Shown: positions 52,507 through 64,000 of the stretch, in pieces | How the letters are laid out: every line of letters begins with the position of its first letter | Position numbering within the stretch: position 1 is the stretch's first letter | Assembly: GCA_964016885.1 (NCBI GenBank) | Contig: OZ024741.1 | Coordinates: 71,238,001 to 71,302,000 of the forward strand | Reading direction: 5' to 3' | Length of the DNA: 64,000 nt | Source of the DNA: Eledone cirrhosa | Taxonomy: Eukaryota | Program-made: the position numbers and the translations under genes | Notes under the pieces: model-generated | Told to the model about the DNA's origin: nothing | Databases searched by the model: none | The model's input: only the letters and a program-made list of their open reading frames with translations

Positions 52507-53360
52507 ATATATAGAGAAAGAACTAGAAACATGTCTTTCTCTACACATACATACATACAAACACACATACATACACACACATACACACACATATATATAC
52601 ACATACAGAGGAAGAATAAATATATAATATGATATAATATAATATAAAGATAGTCTTGTTGGATTCTTTAAAGGTCTGTATGTCTGCATATTTCTTTCAA
52701 ACAAATAACATTATAATAGATTTATATTTGATGCCATCTTATGAATATTCATTTTATTTAATTTATATTATTTTCCAAGTTTGAAGCATGATATTCTCAT
52801 TCACAATATGTATGCAAGTGTGTGTATTTGAAATATGTGTGAGTTCGTGTTAGCGAGTGTGTGCATGTGCATGTGTGTATGCGTGTGTGTATGTGCGTGT
52901 GTATGTGCGTTCGTGTGTGCGTGTGAGAATGTGTTTGATTATGTATGTGTGAGTGGTAGCGATAAAGGAAGAATTACTTAGCCATGCTCTCTCTAACCAA
53001 ACATGGAATGAACCTCCCTCAGTTCTGACACAGTGTGCTCTTTTGAATTACAGGTACATCTATCTGGTATTATAGAATATGTAGATGAGTATTCTATTGG
53101 CACATAATTTCCAGAGAGATTCAGTGTGATTACACAGTGTTTGACAAGGTTAGCCCTTTGAATTACATGTGCAACCCATTTGACAGGCTTCCAAACAGTT
53201 TCTGTCTACCCAATTTCACTCACAAGACATGGGGTCAACCCAAGGCAATGGTAAATGACACTTACCCAAGATCTCACAGAGTGGAAGCAAATCCAGGACC
53301 TAATGATTTCAAATACCATACTTTAACCATTCGGCCAGACTGCATCCACACCCAACCAGA

Positions 53361-53540
53361 AGAGGTGATAAATGAAGAGTTACTTACCCCTGGTTTCTCC
53401 AACCAAACAGTTCCCAGGAGAGGTGATAAATGAAGAGTTACTTACCCCTGGTTTCTCCACTCAAACAGTTCCTAGGAGAGGTAATAAATGAGGTATGCAC
53501 CCAAAGTTACTTAGCCCTGTTCTCTCCAAGCAAGCAGTTA
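53361..53540. repeat. ~59-bp tandem triplication
   Basis: agaggtgataaatgaagagttacttacccctggtttctcc..caaacagttcc three times, the third degenerate. Confidence 0.85.
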
Positions 53541-54079
53541 TATGTCTTGTCAGTGACAGAAGCAGTACAAGATGGATTGTGATGTACAGTCATCAAAAGG
53601 ATCTGTAAATGACAGAAAAGATACTCGGAAGCAGATAAACAAGAGGATTAGTATGTATATATGTATCATCAAATACACTGACAACTATCATCACTATACC
53701 AATGATATATGGCTGAACAATGTAGGAGAATGCTCTCTGATGTGCAGAACTCCAGGTACATGCTACTTCATGGTCCAAACAGACAGAATAGAGAAAATAT
53801 CACCCTAGAAGTTGGCAATGGAAACACATTGAAATAGCCATTCCAGCCCACGGGACTCACTCGTGCAGGTGACCAACCCTTTCCTAAAGCTGCAAGTAAA
53901 GAGGTGGTTCAAGGACCAAAAATGCCAGAGGTCTCCACCACTGTAGGTTCTATGACAAATCTAGAAAGTAACAATACTTCAACTGCTTGTGATCTTCAGC
54001 TTATCAGGCAATGAAACCTGGGTCTTTCACCAATATATAGTTTGAGAAGAATTAGGTTGTTACTTTTAGTAAACACCAA

Positions 54080-55907
54080 TTTACAGTGTGGGTCTGGGAG
54101 GTTTTTACCGTGTTGCCTACACGGCCACATTACAGCGTGGACTGTGTTTTTTTGTCGTGACACCTACACGACCTCATTTGTTTCGGCCTGGATGGTGTGG
54201 CACCAACATAACTTTACATAGAACGGGGTGGTGTGGATGGGGTGGGGGTGGGACGGGGGGTTATTTTGTTAGAGATGCCTACTGGCTGTAGTAGGTTTTA
54301 CTATGTATTTAGGTAAGGCGGGTCTTCTCTGTTACTGAGTACCGCCAAAGGTCTCGGTCCAGTGACATTGTCTTGGAGAGGTGTAAGTGTGTGAGGTCGG
54401 AGTTTATCAGCTCGTCCCAGGTTTTTCTAGGTCTGCCTATTCCGTGGCTACCGTCTATCTTTATTGCCCTGCACTTTGTTATACAGCTATCGACTTTCAT
54501 GCGCATCACGTGTCCATACCAACGTAGCCTTCTCTCGAGTAAACAACATCTGATCCCTCTTATTTCTAATTTTTTCCTTAGTTCGTTTATGCTTTGCCGT
54601 TCACGTATATTATTGTTACACATCCAGCGGAGCATGCAAGCTTCGTTCCTCTCTAGTCTGCGTATATCCTCTGCACACAATCCCCAGGTCTCACTGCCAT
54701 GCAACATTGCTGTTCGTATGCAGGCATCGTACAACCTGCCTTTCATTTTTAGGGAGAACCCTTTAGCAGCTAATAGTGGTATAAGCTCTCTGAACTTTTT
54801 CCAACCAGTTCTGACTCTAGCTACTGTACTTTCAGAGCACCCTCCCCCACTGCTGATTTTATCACCCAGGTAACGGAAGCTGTCCACTATTTCTATAGAA
54901 CCCTCTGCGCAATTGAAAGAGCTAGTATTTTGTGGGCACTTGCTGCTACTTATTGCACCAGAGCACCGGCCACATGTAAAATCTATGTTCTTAGTTAGCT
55001 TACCTGTGATCCCACTACATCTTTTATGCACCCATACTTTGCATTTAGGACATAAAATGGAGTTTCTACCTACGCCTTTCCTACACACCGAGCACGACCA
55101 TTTCCCAGAAGGGACCGCCGCCTTATTTTCTTTCCTACAAACTAGAACTTTAGTCTTAGCCAGGTTAATTTTAAGTCCTTTTGATTCTAGGCCGTGCTTC
55201 CATGTTTGGAATTTCTTCTCTAGCTCGGCCATTGATTCCGCTATGAGTGTCAGGTCGTCTGCGTATAGGAGTTCCCATGGGCAGCCGGTCTTGAACTCCT
55301 CTGTTATAGCCTGAAGGGCAATAATAAATAGTAGGGGGCTGAGAACAGAGCCCTGATGGACGCCAACTTTTACGCTAAACTCTTCACTATATTCGTTGTT
55401 AATTCTAACCTTGCTGACTGTTTCTTTATACATGGCTTGTATAGCTCTCACAAGCCATTCGTCAACGCCTAGTTTTCTAAGAGCCCACCAGATAATGGAG
55501 CGGGGGACTCTGTCGAAGGCTTTCTCCAAGTCGACAAAAGCTAAGTAGAGGGGTTTACCTTTAGCTAGGTACTTCTCCTGTAGTTGTCGTACAATGAAAA
55601 GAGCGTCTGTGGTACTTTTGCCTGACACAAACCCGAACTGCATTTCATCTAGGTCAATTCTCTCTCTGATTAGTTGTGCTATTACTTTTTCCGTGACCTT
55701 CATGACCTGGTCGATTAATTTAATGCCTCTATAGTTACTCCTATCTAGGGCGTCTCCTTTACCCTTATAACAGTTAACGATGATGCTGCTATGCCAGTCC
55801 TTCGGAACAACCCCATTCTGTACGACTTGGTTAACTATGCGGGTGACCATGGTGTAACCCACCGTGCCAGATGCCTTCAGCATCTCAGCAACTATTTCCG
55901 AAGGTCC
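54080..55907 (-). mobile_element. Young 5'-truncated RTE LINE; distal 3' UTR and tail missing
   Basis: Uninterrupted RT frame; the UTR matches the 27767 copy but stops at ~54080 with no (GAT)n tail. Confidence 0.93.
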
Positions 55908-55946
55908 ATATATATATAAATGGGGTGTCCCAAAAAATGTATACAC
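54309..55946 (-). CDS. Open 545-aa frame: RTE reverse transcriptase + PHD-like finger, no endonuclease; the ATG comes from the adjacent MITE
   Basis: NYRGIKL, QFGF, DLEKAFDRVP, GVHQGSVLSPLLF, LLYADD, FRYLG, RRLRWYGHVMRM with no stops; expression unknown. Confidence 0.6.
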   Translation of the reverse strand: MYTFFGTPHLYIYGPSEIVAEMLKASGTVGYTMVTRIVNQVVQNGVVPKDWHSSIIVNCYKGKGDALDRSNYRGIKLIDQVMKVTEKVIAQLIRERIDLDEMQFGFVSGKSTTDALFIVRQLQEKYLAKGKPLYLAFVDLEKAFDRVPRSIIWWALRKLGVDEWLVRAIQAMYKETVSKVRINNEYSEEFSVKVGVHQGSVLSPLLFIIALQAITEEFKTGCPWELLYADDLTLIAESMAELEKKFQTWKHGLESKGLKINLAKTKVLVCRKENKAAVPSGKWSCSVCRKGVGRNSILCPKCKVWVHKRCSGITGKLTKNIDFTCGRCSGAISSSKCPQNTSSFNCAEGSIEIVDSFRYLGDKISSGGGCSESTVARVRTGWKKFRELIPLLAAKGFSLKMKGRLYDACIRTAMLHGSETWGLCAEDIRRLERNEACMLRWMCNNNIRERQSINELRKKLEIRGIRCCLLERRLRWYGHVMRMKVDSCITKCRAIKIDGSHGIGRPRKTWDELINSDLTHLHLSKTMSLDRDLWRYSVTEKTRLT

Positions 55947-56021
55947 ATTTCAACTGTATTCTAATAAATATTGCCTGTATAGGTAATCAAAGTATGTATA
56001 CATCTTTTGGGGACATCCTGT
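55921..56021. mobile_element. Tc1/mariner-type MITE
   Basis: TIRs gggtgtcccaaaaaatgtataca / tgtatacatcttttggggacatcctg; same family as 30251. Confidence 0.75.
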
Positions 56022-56683
56022 ATATATATATCAAATGAAATTCCAATATACCCAACTATAGTGTACATTGCATATAAATCAAATAAAATACCAATATACT
56101 TCACTAGAATCACAATTCAACCACAAAAAAATGCTGCTTCAGATTTAATCTAGTTTGTGACTATACAATTCTTGAGGTTTGAAAAGCTCGGTGATATTAA
56201 TATGGTGCTCGTGTGAAAAATTAGAGGTTGGCAGTTTGAAATATGGAGGAATTGAGGAAAGCTGGGATTGTAAAGGAATAATGTGATGTGGATCTCTGAG
56301 AACCAGTGTTTGTTCTCCTATACCCTTTTGTTTTTTTTTTAGTCTTGTCAGCCCTAATTGAGCAGACCTATGATCAAAAGCATTCCAGCCATGACCACCA
56401 CTCCTCTTGGCTATTGCGTATCTAAGACTTTATATAAAACTGATATGTACCCCATATTTCAAGAAAATAGAATATAATTTAAAGAAGATTTGGCTACTAT
56501 TTCTAACAGGTATCGTGATCATGTACAACAGTCAACCCCCAAAGTGGGTTCCATGAAGAAATTCTGGTGTTCCATGAAATAGGGTGTTTTTTAATTAAAT
56601 GTAATGAAGAATATTATGTTTATTTTTATACAAATAAATTCCCTCTTTAAAATAATTCTTATTAAAATTAGAATGATGAGGAT

Positions 56684-57200
56684 TCATCATCATCATTGTT
56701 TTTAATTTCTGCTTTTCACACTGGCATGGGTTGGATGGGTTGTCATTTTCTGAGGCTACACCAGTCAGGTGACTATGTTTTGCTGAAACAATCCATGTGG
56801 CATGGTTTCTACAGCTGGATGTTCTTCCTAACACCAACCATCTTACAGGCTATACTGGGTGTATTTCGTAATAGCCTCTGCACTACCACTTTGCAGGGTG
56901 AACATGGTGTATTTTATTATTAAGAGGTTATCACAGAACCTATATTGTCTCTGTTCAATCAGGAAACACTGTAGCCTCCAGTTTCTCACCATATTTACTT
57001 TTAGTGTCACAGTACTTATACTGGTGAACATATCTCTTGTATTATGGTATATCGCCACTCTGTTGCTCTGTCCTGTGTCGCTTCTTTCATGAGATTCAGT
57101 ATTTTTAGGTCATTCCTCACAACTTTGTCCCATTTTTTCCTTGGTCTCCCTCTTCCACAGGTTCTTCCCACTTTAAACGCTCGGGACTTTTTGTTCATAC
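56684..57200 (-). mobile_element. Decayed RTE 3' end plus UTR
   Basis: GRGRPRKKWDKVVRNDLKILNL..DRATEWR; UTR motif tttctacagctggatgttcttcctaacaccaacc; (cat)n tail. Confidence 0.75.
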
Positions 57201-57463
57201 AATATAAGTATGGGTTCCGCAATTAGTGGAATATCATATGAAGGTTTAATAGAAAAATACATTTAAGAACCATTACCGTATTTAGGTTTCCTTTGTTGCC
57301 TTGTTCTCCTACGTCATATTATAGTTGATGGAGAGTACAATACACTTATTAAGTGTTCTTCCAGACTAAAGCAGATAAAGCAAGACCAGATCAAGTTTTA
57401 AGTACCGAATGTTGAACGTTTGAGTTGACAAACGCCTACGCTATTGATCAACTTTATCAGAGT

Positions 57464-57880
57464 TGACGACAACAACAATGACAGCAACATCAATGACGAC
57501 TACAGCAACAATAACAATAACAGCAACAACAACGACGACTACAACAACAACAACTACAGCAACAACAATGACAGCAACATCAACGACGACTACAGCAACA
57601 ACAACAACAATGACAACAACAACAATGACAGCAACATCAACGACGACTACAGCAACAACAACGACAATAACAACAACGACGACTACAGCAACAACAACGA
57701 TTACAGCATCAACAACAACAACAACACATACGAAAACAAAAGCACAGGCAACAAATATCGCAATAACAATCACAACAGCAATAAACATTGACAACAACAA
57801 CACTTATAATAGCGACACCTGAAACAACTGTTATAATGACACCAACATCGACAATCACAACACCAACAACAATGACAATA
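57464..57880. repeat. (AAC/GAC)n-based compound minisatellite
   Basis: aacaacaatgacagcaacatcaacgacgactacagc units. Confidence 0.9.
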
Positions 57881-58199
57881 AGTATTACAATAACCAAAGG
57901 ATTGACATTTCCCTAGTTATTTTCTACCACTTCAAACTATATGAATGTTTTATTATTTGTTTTCTAAGTAGAGGTTTCCTTTTATAATATATTTTAACAA
58001 TCTCCAATATAAATAGAAATTATATTCTAATATATAAAAGTATATATATATATATATATATATACACGCAGAGACACACACACATATATATATATATGCA
58101 TATATATATATATATATATGAATATATATATATATATATATAATATACACATAGTATATATATTATATATGCATATATATATATTCATATATATCACTA

Positions 58200-59171
58200 T
58201 ACAGCATATCACACATACTACACACATCACACACACACTCACACACACTACACTCTCACACTCTCACGACACACACACACATCACACACACTACGAGCCA
58301 CACACACTACACACACTCGACACACACACTCACACCACACTACACACACACACACTCACACTCCACACACACTCACACACACTCACACTCACACACAGCC
58401 ACACACACACTCACACACACACACACTCACAGCCACACACACACACACTACACACACACACATCACACACATCACACTCACTCACACACTCACACTCTCC
58501 ACACACACTCACACACACACTCACTCACACCACACTCACACACTCACACACACACACACACACACTCACACATCACACTCACAGCCACACTCACACACAC
58601 ACACACACATCCACACACACACACACACACACACGCCACACTACACTCACACACACTCACACACACACACACACACACACTCACACACTCACACACACTC
58701 ACAGCCACACACACACATCCACGACACACACACTCACACACACACATCTCACTCACTCACATCCCACACACACCACACACTCACACACACTACACTCACA
58801 CACACAGCACACACACACTCACACACACACACACATCACACACACACACACACACTACTTCCACACACACACACTACACACACACACCACCACTCACTCA
58901 CACTCACACACACTCACAGCACTATCACACACACACACACACTCCACACACACTCACACACACACACACTCACACACACACACACACACACCACACACAC
59001 ACACTCACACACACTCACACACTCACACACACACTGCCACTCACACACACACACACACATCACACACACTCTCACACTACACAGCCACACTCACACACAC
59101 TACACACACTCACACACACACTCACACCACTCACACACACACTCACACACACACACACCACACTCACACAC

Positions 59172-59208
<37 letters not shown>

Positions 59209-59531
59209 GCCACACACTACACACACACACACACAAACTCACACACACACACACTACACACACACTCCACACACACACACTCACGACACACACACCACAC
59301 ATCCACTCACACTCACGACACACATCCACACACACACTCACACACACACACTCACATCCACACACACACAGCACACACACACACACACTCTCACACACAC
59401 TCACACTGCACACACACACGACTACACACACACACTCACACACACACACAGCCACACACACACACACACACACATCACACACACACACGACACTCACACA
59501 CACCACACATCACACACACTCACACACACAT

Positions 59532-59573
<42 letters not shown>

Positions 59574-59790
59574 ACACACATCACACACCACACTCACACA
59601 CCACACACACACACACGACACAGCCACACACACTACACACACACACACTCACACACTCACACACTCACACACATCGCACACACACACACACACACTACAC
59701 AGCCACACACACACACACACACACACATCCACACACACACACACACACACACATCACACACACACTCACACACTCACACAGCACACACAC

Positions 59791-59827
<37 letters not shown>

Positions 59828-60292
59828 TACACATCACACACACACACACAACACACACACACACTCACACACACACACTCACAACACACACACTCACACA
59901 CACACTACCACAACACACACACTCACACACACACACACACCACACTCACACAGCACACACACACACACACACTCACTACACAACTCATCAAACACACACA
60001 CACACACTACACATCTACACATCACACACACACACACTCACTCACACACATCACACACACTACTCACAGCACACACACACACACAACATCACACACACTA
60101 GCATCACACACTCACACATCGACACTCACATCCACACATCACACACACACACACACACATCAACCACACTCACACACACCACTCACACACACTCACACAC
60201 ACACACACACACACACACATCACGACACACACACACTCACACACTCACACACACACACTCACTACTCACACACACACACACACCAACACACA
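58200..60292. repeat. Noisy (CA)n tract at a contig end, probably low-quality sequence
   Basis: Irregularly interrupted CA run abutting the N gap; the duplicate copy continues as (TA)n instead. Confidence 0.8.
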
Positions 60293-60492
60293 NNNNNNNN
60301 NNNNNNNNNNNNNNNNNNNNNNNNNNNNNNNNNNNNNNNNNNNNNNNNNNNNNNNNNNNNNNNNNNNNNNNNNNNNNNNNNNNNNNNNNNNNNNNNNNNN
60401 NNNNNNNNNNNNNNNNNNNNNNNNNNNNNNNNNNNNNNNNNNNNNNNNNNNNNNNNNNNNNNNNNNNNNNNNNNNNNNNNNNNNNNNNNNNN
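60293..60492. other. Assembly gap (200 N)
   Basis: Run of N. Confidence 1.
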
Positions 60493-62939
60493 AATGAAAA
60501 GAGCGTCTGTGGTACTTTTGCCTGACACAAACCCGAACTGCATTTCATCTAGGTCAATTCTCTCTCTGATTAGTTGTGCTATTACTTTTTCCGTGACCTT
60601 CATGACCTCGTCGATTAATTTAATGCCTCTATAGTTACTCCTATCTAGGGCGTCTCCTTTACCCTTATAACAGTTAACGATGATGCTGCTATGCCAGTCC
60701 TTCGGAACAACCCCATTCTGTACGACTTGGTTAACTATGCGGGTGACCATGGTGTAACCCACCGTGCCAGATGCCTTCAGCATCTCAGCAACTATTTCCG
60801 AAGGCCCATATATATATAAATGGGGTGTCCCAAAAAATGTATACACATTTCAACTGTATTCTAATAAATATTGCCTGTATAGGTAATCAAAGTATGTATA
60901 CATCTTTTGGGGACATCCTGTATATATATATCAAATGAAATTCCAATATACCCAACTATAGTGTACATTGCATATAAATCAAATAAAATACCAATATACT
61001 TCACTAGAATCACAATTCAACCACAAAAAAAATGCTGCTTCAGATTTAATCTAGTTTGTGACTATACAATTCTTGAGGTTTGAAAAGCTCGGTGATATTA
61101 ATATGGTGCTCGTGTGAAAAATTAGAGGTTGGCAGTTTGAAATATGGAGGAATTGAGGAAAGCTGGGATTGTAAAGGAATAATGTGATGTGGATCTCTGA
61201 GAACCAGTGTTTGTTCTCCTATACCCTTTTGTTTTTTTTTTAGTCTTGTCAGCCCTAATTGAGCAGACCTATGATCAAAAGCATTCCAGCTATGACCACC
61301 ACTCTCTTGGCTATTGCGTATCTAAGACTTTATATAAAACTGATATGTACCCCATATTTCAAGAAAATAGAATATAATTTAAAGAAGATTTGGCTACTAT
61401 TTCTAACAGGTATCGTGATCATGTACAACAGTCAACCCCCAAAGTGGGTTCCATGAAGAAATTCTGGTGTTCCATGAAATAGGGGTGTTTTTTTAATTAA
61501 ATGTAATGAAGAATATTATGTTTATTTTTATACAAATAAATTCCCTCTTTAAAATAATTCTTATTAAAATTAGAATGATGAGGATTCATCATCATCATTG
61601 TTTTTAATTTCTGCTTTTCACACTGGCATGGTTGGATGGGTTGTCATTTTCTGAGGCTACACCAGTCAGGTGACTATGTTTTGCTGAAACAATCCATGTG
61701 GCATGGTTTCTACAGCTGGATGTTCTTCCTAACACCAACCATCTTACAGGCTATACTGGGTGTATTTCGTAATAGCCTCTGCACTACCACTTTGCAGGGT
61801 GAACATGGTGTATTTTATTATTAAGAGGTTATCACAGAACCTATATTGTCTCTGTTCAATCAGGAAACACTGTAGCCTCCAGTTTCTCACCATATTTACT
61901 TTTAGTGTCACAGTACTTATACTGGTGAACATATCTCTTGTATTATGGTATATCGCCACTCTGTTGCTCTGTCCTGTGTCGCTTCTTTCATGAGATTCAG
62001 TATTTTTAGGTCATTCCTCACAACTTTGTCCCATTTTTTCCTTGGTCTCCCTCTTCCACAGGTTCTTCCCACTTTAAACGCTCGGGACTTTTTGTTCATA
62101 CAATATAAGTATGGGTTCCGCAATTAGTGGAATATCATATGAAGGTTTAATAGAAAATACATTTAAGAACCATTACCGTATTTAGGTTTCCTTTGTTGCC
62201 TTGTTCTCCTACGTCATATTATAGTTGATGGAGAGTACAATACACTTATTAAGTGTTTCTTCCAGACTAAAGCAGATAAAGCAAGACCAGATCAAGTTTT
62301 AAGTACCGAATGTTGAACGTTTGAGTTGACAAACGCCTACGCTATTGATCAACTTTATCAGAGTTGACGACAACAACAATGACAGCAACATCAATGACGA
62401 CTACAGCAACAATAACAATAACAGCAACAACAACGACGACTACAACAACAACAACTACAGCAACAACAATGACAGCAACATCAACGACGACTACAGCAAC
62501 AACAACAACAATGACAACAACAACAATGACAGCAACATCAACGACGACTACAGCAACAACAACGACAATAACAACAACGACGACTACAGCAACAACAACG
62601 ATTACAGCATCAACAACAACAACAACACATACGAAAACAAAAGCACAGGCAACAAATATCGCAATAACAATCACAACAGCAATAAACATTGACAACAACA
62701 ACACTTATAATAGCGACACCTGGAACAACTGTTATAATGACACCAACATCGACAATCACAACACCAACAACAATGACAATAAGTATTACAATAACCAAAG
62801 GATTGACATTTCCCTAGTTATTTTCTACCACTTCAAACTATATGAATGTTTTATTATTTGTTTTCTAAGTAGAGGTTTCCTTTTATAATATATTTTAACA
62901 ATCTCCATATAAATAGAAATTATATTCTATATATATAAA

Positions 62940-64000
<1,061 letters not shown>

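Noticed and set aside
57441-57897. Asn-, Thr- and Val-rich ORFs (also 62342-62888)
   Set aside because: AAC-based minisatellite open in several frames; no domain or splice context.
58118-60634. 838-aa His/Thr ORF
   Set aside because: Noisy (CA)n read through an N gap.

Overview
Eukaryotic, AT-rich, repeat-saturated DNA with no recognisable host protein-coding exon. The mix of tRNA-derived SINEs, RTE LINEs and very long (TA)n/(CA)n tracts suggests a coleoid cephalopod (Octopus-like); this is inference. Contents: one apparently full-length but frameshifted L1/Tx1-type LINE (11.7-17.4 kb, minus); several 5'-truncated RTE LINEs whose RT carries a PHD-like Cys/His finger; a decayed Penelope-like (PLE) RT (49.3-50.2 kb); mariner relics; TA- and TTAA-flanked MITEs; two SINE families; minisatellites; a candidate non-coding first exon (43.4-43.7 kb, minus); and a ~2.5 kb duplication on either side of a 200-N gap that is probably an assembly artefact. 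The most striking signal not visible in the ORF track is a set of short (TA)n-embedded elements carrying seven complete minimal type-I hammerhead ribozyme motifs (CUGANGA / stem II / GAAA / palindromic stem III / NUH) plus half-motifs. They fall into three sequence subfamilies and are often arranged as outward-facing inverted pairs, consistent with PLE pseudo-LTR-derived elements. A separate ~230-nt imperfect hairpin at 5.0-5.2 kb is unexplained. Most short ORFs in the track are microsatellite or antisense-TE artefacts.
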